Positions 25,671 through 32,000 of a stretch of DNA of 32,000 nt are shown here, one piece after another. The stretch is from an uncultured Chloroflexia bacterium. GTDB taxonomy: Bacteria; Chloroflexota; Ktedonobacteria; Ktedonobacterales; JADMIN01. Position numbers and translations under genes: made by a program. Location of the stretch: assembly GCA_963718915.1 (NCBI GenBank), contig CAVRAI010000012.1, forward strand, positions 16,305-48,304, read 5' to 3'. The number at the start of each line of letters is the position of its first letter. Positions within the stretch are counted from its first letter, which is position 1. The notes beneath the pieces are model-generated. The model was not told the origin of the DNA and did no database searches. It worked only from the letters and a program-made list of their open reading frames with translations.

Positions 25671-25713
25671 CAGCTAGCACACCACAGCAGGCGATTGTCA
25701 AGGGCAATTTCAT
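25671..25713 (-). promoter_or_regulatory. promoter-like module homologous to the RNA-cluster promoter P2, pointing toward the small gene and Ro-like cluster
   Basis: Minus strand reads ATGAAATTGCCCTTGACA-19 nt-(GTGC)TAGCTG. The 15 nt ATGAAATTGCCCTTG are identical to 28813-28827 and GTGCTAG is shared. The -35 is a perfect TTGACA but the spacer and -10 are suboptimal. Confidence 0.4.
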
Positions 25714-25940
25714 CCGCTCGGAAAAGTGGGAGTGGCTATTGAAGCAGGTAGAGGGAAAAATCGGGGACATGGAAGAGATTCGATGCCCGCAGTTTTACCC
25801 GCTCGATTCACGCTTTACAGGCAGTAGCCAAGCTCTTTGTCTATGCCTGGAACCGCCGCCAACTCTTCCGTCGCCAGCATCCCCAGTACCCGGTCCAGGT
25901 CTTCCAATTCATCTCCCCGTAACAATAGCCACTCCCTTTT

Positions 25941-26600
25941 TTAAGCCGTTTCACTGAAGACCGGCATCAATATCTCATCTACCAGCAACTCCAACTGGCG
26001 CGCGTCAATCGGGGTCCGGTGCAGCAGATATTGCATACGAATCAGGTCGAACGGCAGGCGTAGCGCGAACTCGCTCACATCCTTGAGCTTCTCGCTGCGC
26101 ACCCTGGCAAAGTCCAATACTTTCCGTATCGCGAGGATGTTTTTCTTGACCGCGTTCTGGCCGATTGCCACCATCGTCGGGCTATTCTGGCTCATCTCGA
26201 AGAGCATCGCATTCATGATTTCCGGGCCAACTTCAATGTAGAAGCGTTGATACAGCGTCAGCATGCACAGCAAATCGCCGCGCAGGCTCCCTGTATCCTC
26301 GATCATGTCAATGAAATCGCCGCCCAGCGCGTGCAGCAACTTCTCCACCACGATGTCGTGGATCAGCTCGAGCGGCGTCTCCCAGCGGCGATAGAGCACG
26401 GTGCGGCTCGTCTGCGCTGCCTGTGCGATCCTCTGGAACGTCAGGTTCGTGTACCCTTCGGTCTTGATGATGTCCTCGACTGCCTGATAGATGCTCTCGG
26501 TCAGCGTGTCGCCACGCCTGCGCGTGTCTCTGCGTTCAGCCTTCTCGATTTTGCTAGCTCTCGCAGATTTATCGACCTTGATAGCCGTCTTGCTCACCAT
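25941..26600 (-). CDS. TetR/AcrR-family transcriptional regulator
   Basis: GGAGG is 8 nt before ATG 26600. IYQAVEDIIKTEGYTNLTFQRIAQAAQTSRTVLYRRWETPLELI is a TetR HTH. GC is visibly lower than the surroundings. Confidence 0.9.
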   Translation of the reverse strand: MVSKTAIKVDKSARASKIEKAERRDTRRRGDTLTESIYQAVEDIIKTEGYTNLTFQRIAQAAQTSRTVLYRRWETPLELIHDIVVEKLLHALGGDFIDMIEDTGSLRGDLLCMLTLYQRFYIEVGPEIMNAMLFEMSQNSPTMVAIGQNAVKKNILAIRKVLDFARVRSEKLKDVSEFALRLPFDLIRMQYLLHRTPIDARQLELLVDEILMPVFSETA

Positions 26601-26665
26601 AGGATGTGCCTCCTCACCATACTCTGCCCTCATTTTGCCACATCTCTGCCACTTTTGGGTACATC

Positions 26666-26728
26666 TTGCACTTTATTTCGTGGTGAAGTACAATGTGTAC
26701 CGTAATAGGGTACAATATGTACCGTAAT
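26666..26728 (+). promoter_or_regulatory. MFS promoter with two tandem palindromic TetR-type operators
   Basis: TTGCAC (26666-26671), 17 nt, TACAAT (26689-26694). Direct repeat of GTACAATGTGTACCGTAAT (26688-26706) and GTACAATATGTACCGTAAT (26710-26728), each containing a GTACA-N3-TGTAC palindrome. Confidence 0.65.
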
Positions 26729-26742
26729 GAGGCGAGGCAAGC

Positions 26743-28260
26743 ATGGTAAACACAACAAACACGCAAGAGCAAACAAACATGCAGGAGCAACAAGAAAAGG
26801 CCATCCCTGGCCACATCATCGTGTTGGCGTTGATTATGGTGCTGGGGGCGGTCCCGCCGATGCTGGACACCACCATCGTCAACATCGCCGTCAACGACCT
26901 CTCCCAGCAGTTTAACGTTCCGTTCGTCACGACGCAGTGGGTGGTGACGGGCTATGTCCTGGCGCTGGCCATCGCCGTGCCGTTTTCCGGCTGGCTCATC
27001 CAAAAGTTCGACGGCAAGCGCATCTTTATGAGCACGCTGGGTCTGTTCCTGGTCGGCAGCCTGTTCTCCGGCCTGTCATGGAACATCGAGAGTCTGATCG
27101 CGTTTCGCGTGGTCCAGGGCTTCGCGTCCGGCCTGCTGATTCCGACGCTGACGACGCTGCTGGTGCAGCTCGCGGGCAGCAATAAGCTCGGGCGGCTGAT
27201 GTCTATCGTGAGCGTCCCTATCGTCTTGGGGCCAATCGTGGGGCCGGTCATCGGCGGGCTGATCTTGCAACGGCTGACGTGGCACTGGCTGTTCTTCGTC
27301 AATCTGCCCATCGGCGCGGTGGCCCTTATACTGATGCAGTGGAAGCTGCCTAAATTCGCGCCCACGAATACTGCCGCGAAGCTCGACGTGCTCGGCATCG
27401 CGCTGCTGGCGCTGATCTCTGGCATGTTCATCTTCGGCGTGACCGAGATCAGGGGAACCGACACGCAGACGCTCGGCCTCGGCGCACTCATCGCGGGCGC
27501 CGTGGCGACGCTGTTGTACCTGCTCTACGCCTGGCGCCAGGCGGGCCACGCGCTGATCCCGCTGGGCCTGTTCCGCTCGCGGAACTTCAGCGCGGCGTTC
27601 GCCTCGCTCTTCCTGGCGGGCTTTGCCACCAACGGGCCGATGCTGCTACTCCCAGTCTTTTTCCAGAATGTGCGCGGGCTGGACGCCATCACGGCGGCGC
27701 TCTGGCTGATTCCGCAGGGCGTGGGCATGCTGCTGACGCGCTCGCCCATCGGCAGGATGACCGATAGGTTCGGCGCGCGGCTGGTGGTGCTCCCGGCCAT
27801 TGCGATTATCATCGTCGGCACGCTGCCCTTTGCCTTCTTCGACGCGACGACGCCGACCTGGCTCATCTGGCTCGCCCTGCTTGTGCGCGGCATAGGTATT
27901 GGCGGCTTCACCATCCCGGTGATGACCGATGCCTATGTGGGCATGCCGAAGCCACAAATTCCGCAGGTCAGTATCGCTACGCGCATCATCAATAATGTGG
28001 GCGCGGCCTTTGGCTCCGCGCTGCTGGCCACGGTTGTCACGAATGCCTTCGCCGGGCCGAGCGCCGGGCTGGCGGGCCTCACCAGCGCCTACCACGCTGG
28101 CTTTCTCTTCAGCCTCGCCTTCACGGCCATCGGTATCCTCCCCGCCGCCTTCCTCACCAACAGACTCGCAACGTCGAAGGCAGCGTCGAAGGCGGATGCG
28201 AAGCCGGATGCCATGGAAGCGATGCTGGAGGAGGAGAACGCAGCCTACAGCGTCGAGTAA
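26743..28260 (+). CDS. MFS transporter, DHA2 (EmrB/QacA-like) family
   Basis: 505 aa. MLDTTIVNIAVNDL, GWLIQKFDGKR and FRVVQGFASGLLIP motifs. Divergent from the TetR gene. Confidence 0.9.
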   Translation: MVNTTNTQEQTNMQEQQEKAIPGHIIVLALIMVLGAVPPMLDTTIVNIAVNDLSQQFNVPFVTTQWVVTGYVLALAIAVPFSGWLIQKFDGKRIFMSTLGLFLVGSLFSGLSWNIESLIAFRVVQGFASGLLIPTLTTLLVQLAGSNKLGRLMSIVSVPIVLGPIVGPVIGGLILQRLTWHWLFFVNLPIGAVALILMQWKLPKFAPTNTAAKLDVLGIALLALISGMFIFGVTEIRGTDTQTLGLGALIAGAVATLLYLLYAWRQAGHALIPLGLFRSRNFSAAFASLFLAGFATNGPMLLLPVFFQNVRGLDAITAALWLIPQGVGMLLTRSPIGRMTDRFGARLVVLPAIAIIIVGTLPFAFFDATTPTWLIWLALLVRGIGIGGFTIPVMTDAYVGMPKPQIPQVSIATRIINNVGAAFGSALLATVVTNAFAGPSAGLAGLTSAYHAGFLFSLAFTAIGILPAAFLTNRLATSKAASKADAKPDAMEAMLEEENAAYSVE

Positions 28261-28332
28261 GGCTAGCGCGTTCCATGTCCCCGATGCTATCACCGACCCG
28301 CTTCTATAGCCACGCCCGGAAAAGTCGCGCCC

Positions 28333-28361
28333 TTGCGGATAGACCCATCATGTGCTAGACT
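28333..28361 (+). promoter_or_regulatory. promoter P1 of the first RNA triplet (A-X1-B)
   Basis: TTGCGG (28333-28338), 17 nt, extended -10 TGC-TAGACT (28356-28361). Same layout as P2, 492 bp downstream. Confidence 0.55.
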
Positions 28362-28373
28362 GCCTGACTGATA

Positions 28374-28500
28374 GAGTTGTCTGCGCCCTCACCTGGGATG
28401 CATACATGCGCGGGTTCGATTCCCGCTACGCCCACCACGCGGGCGTATAGTTCAATGGTAGAACACAACACTCAGCCTCGCGAACTCGCGCGGATGACTC
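28374..28500 (+). ncRNA. tRNA-mimic (YrlA/Y-RNA-like) module A
   Basis: 13-bp basal helix 28374-28386/28488-28500 (3 G-U pairs). T-arm GCGGG-TTCGATT-CCCGC (28410-28426). Acceptor TACGCCC / loop ACCACGC / GGGCGTA. Then TA and D-arm GTTC-AATGGTA-GAAC. Confidence 0.6.
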
Positions 28501-28508
28501 TTTGCCAA

Positions 28509-28621
28509 CATGTCCCGTATCCTCACAGCGGTTGCATACAAACGGGCTGAACACCCACTGGTTTTTGCAACCAGTTTCCCGCAAGGGATTCTCTTCGCGA
28601 CCGAAACTTGTGCGGGACATG
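28509..28621 (+). ncRNA. variant module X1 (same family, non-tRNA hairpins of tRNA-like dimensions)
   Basis: 9-bp closing helix CATGTCCCG/CGGGACATG. Hairpins GGG-CTGAACA-CCC, ACTGGTT-TTTGC-AACCAGT (7 bp) and TCCC-GCAA-GGGA. Shares the 5' CCTCAC..GCATACA and 3' CTTCGCGA..AACT motifs. Confidence 0.5.
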
Positions 28622-28652
28622 GCATAATAGCATGTGGCATCAATCGTGATTT

Positions 28653-28801
28653 GGCCGGGCGCGTCCTCACCAGCGTAGCCTACATTCAATCCTCAAACTG
28701 GAATCGCGGGTTCGACTCCCGCCGCCCCTTCGGGAGCGTAGTCTAGTGGCCCAGGACGCCAGTACCTGAATACACTGCTTCGCGAACTCGCGCGCTCGGC
28801 C
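28653..28801 (+). ncRNA. tRNA-mimic (YrlA/Y-RNA-like) module B
   Basis: 11-bp basal helix GGCCGGGCGCG/CGCGCTCGGCC. Anticodon-stem-like ACTGG/CCAGT. T-arm GCGGG-TTCGACT-CCCGC. Acceptor capped by TTCG. D-arm GTCT-AGTGGCCCA-GGAC. Confidence 0.6.
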
Positions 28802-28824
28802 CATCGCGTGTCATGAAATTGCCC

Positions 28825-28853
28825 TTGCGCAAGCGTGCGCCATGTGCTAGACT
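28825..28853 (+). promoter_or_regulatory. promoter P2 of the second RNA triplet (C-X2-D)
   Basis: TTGCGC (28825-28830), 17 nt, TGC-TAGACT (28848-28853). The downstream CATGTGCTAGACTGCCTGACTG is identical to P1. Confidence 0.55.
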
Positions 28854-28865
28854 GCCTGACTGGTG

Positions 28866-29002
28866 GAGTCGTCCGCGCCCCCACGAGGGAAGCATACAAC
28901 CTACAGTTGCGGGTGCAAATCCCGTCGCCTCGACCGCTTCGAGGCGTAGCTCAATAGCAGAGCATCGGCAGTAACTGCTTCGCAAACTTGCGCGGACGAC
29001 TC
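28866..29002 (+). ncRNA. tRNA-mimic (YrlA/Y-RNA-like) module C
   Basis: Perfect 13-bp basal helix GAGTCGTCCGCGC/GCGCGGACGACTC. T-arm GCGGG-TGCAAAT-CCCGT. Acceptor CGCCTCG / loop ACCGCTT / CGAGGCG. D-arm GCTC-AATAGCA-GAGC. Confidence 0.6.
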
Positions 29003-29041
29003 ATCCCAACCGATATCATTCGCACAGATGATCCATGGCGG

Positions 29042-29160
29042 CATGCCCCGTATCCTCACAACGGTTGCGTACAAACTGGGCTTGAAACCCCCAAACTGGC
29101 TGTAAACCAGTTCCCTGATAAGGGATCTCACATCTGCGACCGAAACTTGTGCGGGGCATG
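29042..29160 (+). ncRNA. variant module X2
   Basis: Closing helix CATGCCCCG/CGGGGCATG carries a compensatory T-A to C-G change relative to X1. Hairpins GGG-CTTGAAA-CCC, AACTGG-CTGTAAA-CCAGTT and CCCT-GATA-AGGG. Confidence 0.5.
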
Positions 29161-29180
29161 GCTTTCGCGAACAACGTCGG

Positions 29181-29302
29181 CGCTGGGCGCGCCCTCAACT
29201 GGGAAGCGTACATACACTGCGGGTTCGACTCCCGTCGTCTCCACCTTTTGGGGATGCTCACTGGTCACGTATTTTCCGCTTCTCGAACTTGCGCGTCCGG
29301 CG
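29181..29302 (+). ncRNA. tRNA-mimic module D (D-arm degenerate)
   Basis: 11-bp basal helix CGCTGGGCGCG/CGCGTCCGGCG (2 G-U pairs). T-arm GCGGG-TTCGACT-CCCGT. Acceptor CGTCTCC / loop ACCTTTT / GGGGATG. Confidence 0.5.
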
Positions 29303-29343
29303 CGTCCGCGTTTCCTCCTCCCGTATCCTCGCCCCGCGGTGAA

Positions 29344-29373
29344 TTGACGCCCCAGACGCCGCGCTCCTATACT
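29344..29373 (+). promoter_or_regulatory. sigma70-like promoter of the downstream PEGA-like gene
   Basis: TTGACG (29344-29349), 18 nt, TATACT (29368-29373), about 47 nt upstream of ATG 29421. Confidence 0.55.
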
Positions 29374-29420
29374 ACCCTGTGAGCCGCTGAACACCCTGGC
29401 CGACAGGAAAGCTACCGCCG

Positions 29421-30794
29421 ATGGAGATGGATGACGATTTCGAGCTAGAAGTCACCAATCTGGATACCGGCGAAACGATACGCCACCCACTTGCCCACAA
29501 CGCGCCCGCTGAGCCGGGACGTGATGATAACAACGATGCTAACGATGACAACGATGACAACGACGATGGCGACGAGCTGACGCCCGACCCATCCAGGCCG
29601 GGGCGCCGCAATCGTCTGCGGGCGGCCATCGTTGCTGGTGTCGTGTTGCTGGCGGTTGCGCTGGTCATCGCGACCAATCCGGCTGCGAACTCGTCGCTCT
29701 ATACCGTCTTTCGCTTTCCGACGCCCGTGCCCTCGCCCACTCCGCTGCCCGGTGGCGACATTGTTTACCTTGGCCGGGCAGCCCCGTGGGGCAGTGTCAC
29801 CATCGACGGCAAGAAGTCCGCGTTCACCAATCCAGGCACGACCATCTCGTGGATCAAGCTCCCTCGCGGCCGCCATACCATCGCGGTCATACAGACGCCA
29901 TTTCCCGCGCTGCACTGCACTATCTCTATGCCAGCCCGCCTGAGCGACACCTGCCCGCTCTTCTCGCCTATCGACAACCAGGGCGAGCAAATTGGCGCCG
30001 GACCGAACTTTCCCGGCGGCGCGCGTTTCGTTGACCTGGGCGCGCGTTTTAGCCTGCTGCCACGAGACGCCCAGGATGCGCTGGTGGCGGCGGTCAAAGC
30101 CGAACTGACGCAGCCGAGCACGCCAATGACACTCTATCCCGGCGACCACTATCTCCGCGATGACGGTACATTAGCCGTGGCGGATACCACGCTCCAGGCG
30201 ACCTTCATCCCAACGCTTCTGCTGCCCGCCCCGGAAATCCCGTCGGATAGCTCGTCGTGCATCTCGTTCTGCGATGTCTCTGGCGTAGACGTGGGAGGCA
30301 ATGCCACCTGGAATATCATCGTCTCGATGTTGGGAAGCTGGCATGTTGCCACCCCCGACGGTCAGGTGCTGACGGAAAGCTCGCCGATGTACGTCAGCGA
30401 TCCGCTGTATGAGGCCTTTTCGGGATCGATGCAGGTCACGATGAGCCTGCTCTGGACGGGGAGATGGCAGGTGAGCGCACAGAACGGCTTTGGCGGCGCA
30501 TGGTCTCCGACCTGCCAGACCGCGGAGACGATGACGAGCGCCAATCTGGGGAAGAATCAACTCACCATCCTGGGCATGAATACTGAGTATGGGAGCACGG
30601 CTGAACAGGGTTGTGTCGTCGAAATCACGCCCAACAATCCGAATGCCAACAGCCCCATCGACCTCCTCTATCGTTTCGGTGTGCTGCTCGCCGCCAACGA
30701 TATCGCCCATCGCACGTTTCCATCGCTCCCGCGGGCATCGGCAGCCGAGCGGATCGCGGCGCAACGGCTTCTCACGCAGTCCTATCCCCCCTGA
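29421..30794 (+). CDS. single-pass membrane protein with acidic N-terminal tail and PEGA-like extracytoplasmic domain
   Basis: 457 aa. DDNNDANDDNDDNDDGDE low-complexity stretch. TM LRAAIVAGVVLLAVALVIA. APWGSVTIDGKK...LPRGRHTIAV is PEGA-like. Conserved Cys pattern shared with the next gene. Confidence 0.75.
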   Translation: MEMDDDFELEVTNLDTGETIRHPLAHNAPAEPGRDDNNDANDDNDDNDDGDELTPDPSRPGRRNRLRAAIVAGVVLLAVALVIATNPAANSSLYTVFRFPTPVPSPTPLPGGDIVYLGRAAPWGSVTIDGKKSAFTNPGTTISWIKLPRGRHTIAVIQTPFPALHCTISMPARLSDTCPLFSPIDNQGEQIGAGPNFPGGARFVDLGARFSLLPRDAQDALVAAVKAELTQPSTPMTLYPGDHYLRDDGTLAVADTTLQATFIPTLLLPAPEIPSDSSSCISFCDVSGVDVGGNATWNIIVSMLGSWHVATPDGQVLTESSPMYVSDPLYEAFSGSMQVTMSLLWTGRWQVSAQNGFGGAWSPTCQTAETMTSANLGKNQLTILGMNTEYGSTAEQGCVVEITPNNPNANSPIDLLYRFGVLLAANDIAHRTFPSLPRASAAERIAAQRLLTQSYPP

Positions 30795-30810
30795 TGCTGA
30801 CGTACGTAAG

Positions 30811-32000
30811 ATGGAGAGCTTGAGACACATGAAAGAACCGGAGAGCGACTTCGAACTTGAAGCCACCGATCTGTATACCAGCGCAGCCATGAGCCACCCC
30901 CTCGACGAGAGCGCCTCGACACGGTTGGAAAAGCAAGGCACAGGGGGAGCGCCGCCGCCAAAGACCCAGCGCCGTATGCGCATGGTGATGGTTGCCAGCG
31001 TCGTGCTGCTGGCAACGCTCCTGGTGGCGTTGGTTAACCCGACATTGCGCTCCGCCGTCTCGCTCGCCTTCCGCCCGGCGCCCACACCATCGCAAACACC
31101 GGCGCCCGATGCGAATCTAGTGTTTCTGGAAAGCGGCGCTCCCTGGGGCGCATATTCACTGGATGGCCTTGAGACGGCGCCTCTGATACAGCCGGGGTCG
31201 CGGGTATCGGCGGTCTGGATCAGGCTGACACCCGGACGCCACACGCTCCAGGTGAACCAGCCGCCATTTGCCACGCTGAAATGCACGATCAGTCTGCCCG
31301 CCGTCCGGAGCGATACCTGCCCACTCGTCTCGCGACAGGCCTTCTCAGGAACCTACTTTAGCAACGGGCCAGGCGATCCGATCAACGGCCGGGTCATTGA
31401 CCTTGGCGCGCGTTTCGACCGCCTGGTGCCTGCCGCAGCCGCCGCGCTGGTGGATGCCATTCAGGGGACGCTGGCGCTCACGAACGAATCAACTGAGATG
31501 ATGGCGGGTGACCACTACCTGCGCGATGATGGCAGCGTCGCCGTCGCGTCCGCGCCACTACAGGCCACACTGCGCCTGGCGTTGGCTCCTCCCGATACAT
31601 CGGCTCCATCGGAGAGCGCCCGCTGCCACTCATTCTGCGATACGCTGACAGACCATAACCGTACTGGCGAAACAGGCGGCATGTGGAGTCTGGCGGTCAC
31701 ACAGCAGGCATACTGGCGCATCGCCACCATCGATGGGCAGGTCATCGCCAGCCATGCGCCACTCTGGCCGAGCGTAGCGCCCTACGACATACTGACCCCA
31801 AACGTGGGGAACCTGTATTCAGCATTCGATGTGCGCTGGGATGGGTCGTGGCATATTCTCAGCCAGGGGGATTTCAGCTTTGGCGACCCAGATCCATCCC
31901 TCCGCAAGGTCGCGATTGAGATGGCCAGCGCGCTCCTCAAAGCGACGCCAGGAGTTGAAAGCAGCGCCATGAACGCGTTTGACGGCGCTGGCCAGGGCTG
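30811..32000 (+). CDS. paralog of 29421-30794 (runs off the right edge)
   Basis: Open frame from ATG 30811 (alternative 30829) to the window end. ...DFELEATDL..., TM MVMVASVVLLATLLVAL, APWGAYSLDG...LTPGRHTLQV, PPFATLKCTISLPAVRSDTCPL, GDHYLRDDGSVAVA. Absent from the ORF track because it is edge-truncated. Confidence 0.8.
   Translation, partial: MESLRHMKEPESDFELEATDLYTSAAMSHPLDESASTRLEKQGTGGAPPPKTQRRMRMVMVASVVLLATLLVALVNPTLRSAVSLAFRPAPTPSQTPAPDANLVFLESGAPWGAYSLDGLETAPLIQPGSRVSAVWIRLTPGRHTLQVNQPPFATLKCTISLPAVRSDTCPLVSRQAFSGTYFSNGPGDPINGRVIDLGARFDRLVPAAAAALVDAIQGTLALTNESTEMMAGDHYLRDDGSVAVASAPLQATLRLALAPPDTSAPSESARCHSFCDTLTDHNRTGETGGMWSLAVTQQAYWRIATIDGQVIASHAPLWPSVAPYDILTPNVGNLYSAFDVRWDGSWHILSQGDFSFGDPDPSLRKVAIEMASALLKATPGVESSAMNAFDGAGQG

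Noticed and set aside
25815-25925. 36-codon ORF after the TetR gene (TTG start, MLRGDELEDLDRVLGMLATEELAAVPGIDKELGYCL)
   Set aside because: It reads protein-like and has AAGGGAG upstream, but it is very short, uses a non-ATG start and has no family signature. Possibly a gene remnant, but not supportable.
28410-28470. Apparent tRNA genes (GGTTCGATTCC T-loops, ACCA ends) or a permuted two-piece tmRNA
   Set aside because: In every copy the 3' half (T-arm plus acceptor 3' strand) precedes the 5' half (acceptor 5' strand plus D-arm) with only a 4-7 nt loop between. No anticodon arm and no tag-peptide reading frame is present. Four tandem copies also argue against tmRNA. Interpreted instead as tRNA-mimic modules.
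28333-29340. Repetitive non-coding block that could be mistaken for a CRISPR array
   Set aside because: The repeat units are 110-150 nt, non-identical and internally structured, with no short constant repeat / variable spacer periodicity. No cas genes are in the window.
29517-29575. GAT/GAC/AAC-rich repeat (DDNNDANDDNDDNDDGDE)
   Set aside because: This is simple low-complexity coding sequence in the cytoplasmic tail. It is not an independent element.

Overview
High-GC (roughly 60-65%) bacterial chromosomal window. The gene content suggests a Chloroflexota/Ktedonobacteria-like or similar genome, based on XRE-HTH/NB-ARC/TPR regulators, a lone tnpB and GGGAGAGGGGG-type REP palindromes, but this assignment is tentative. 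Most long ORFs in the six-frame track are antisense shadows typical of high-GC DNA.

Real content, left to right:
- a LacI regulator (edge-truncated) with a perfect operator
- a DUF1345 membrane protein and two paralogous small membrane proteins
- a tnpB-only IS200/IS605-type element
- a Vps62/DUF946-like membrane-anchored protein
- an isolated dnaN
- a frameshifted DUF2269-like gene and a DUF2277 gene
- a frameshifted XRE-HTH/NB-ARC/TPR STAND regulator
- a SAM methyltransferase
- a TetR plus DHA2-MFS pair
- RidA
- PadR plus its membrane partner
- a visibly lower-GC 2-kb cassette (MNT nucleotidyltransferase plus a frameshifted TIR-Ser/Thr-kinase fusion with a degenerate catalytic loop), flanked by a 17-bp direct repeat
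- a second TetR/MFS pair with twin palindromic operators
- two paralogous PEGA-like membrane-anchored proteins; the second runs off the right edge

The most interesting part is a co-directional minus-strand cluster (19623-25377). It encodes a small Gly-terminal protein, a Ro60-like TROVE+vWA protein, a vWA-wHTH protein, an unknown 286-aa protein, two membrane proteins and a ThiF/E1-like protein.

About 3.5 kb from that cluster lies a ~1-kb non-coding block (28333-29340) holding six tandem + strand structured RNA modules. Four of them are circularly permuted tRNA mimics: T-arm, then a capped acceptor stem, then a D-arm, closed by an 11-13 bp basal helix whose paralog differences are compensatory or G-U. 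This is a YrlA/Y-RNA-like architecture. The block is organised as a 2 x (A-X-B) duplication, each half behind the same sigma70-type promoter. A related copy of that promoter module points into the Ro-like cluster.

At least four genes carry 1-nt-type frameshifts, so assembly indel errors must be excluded.
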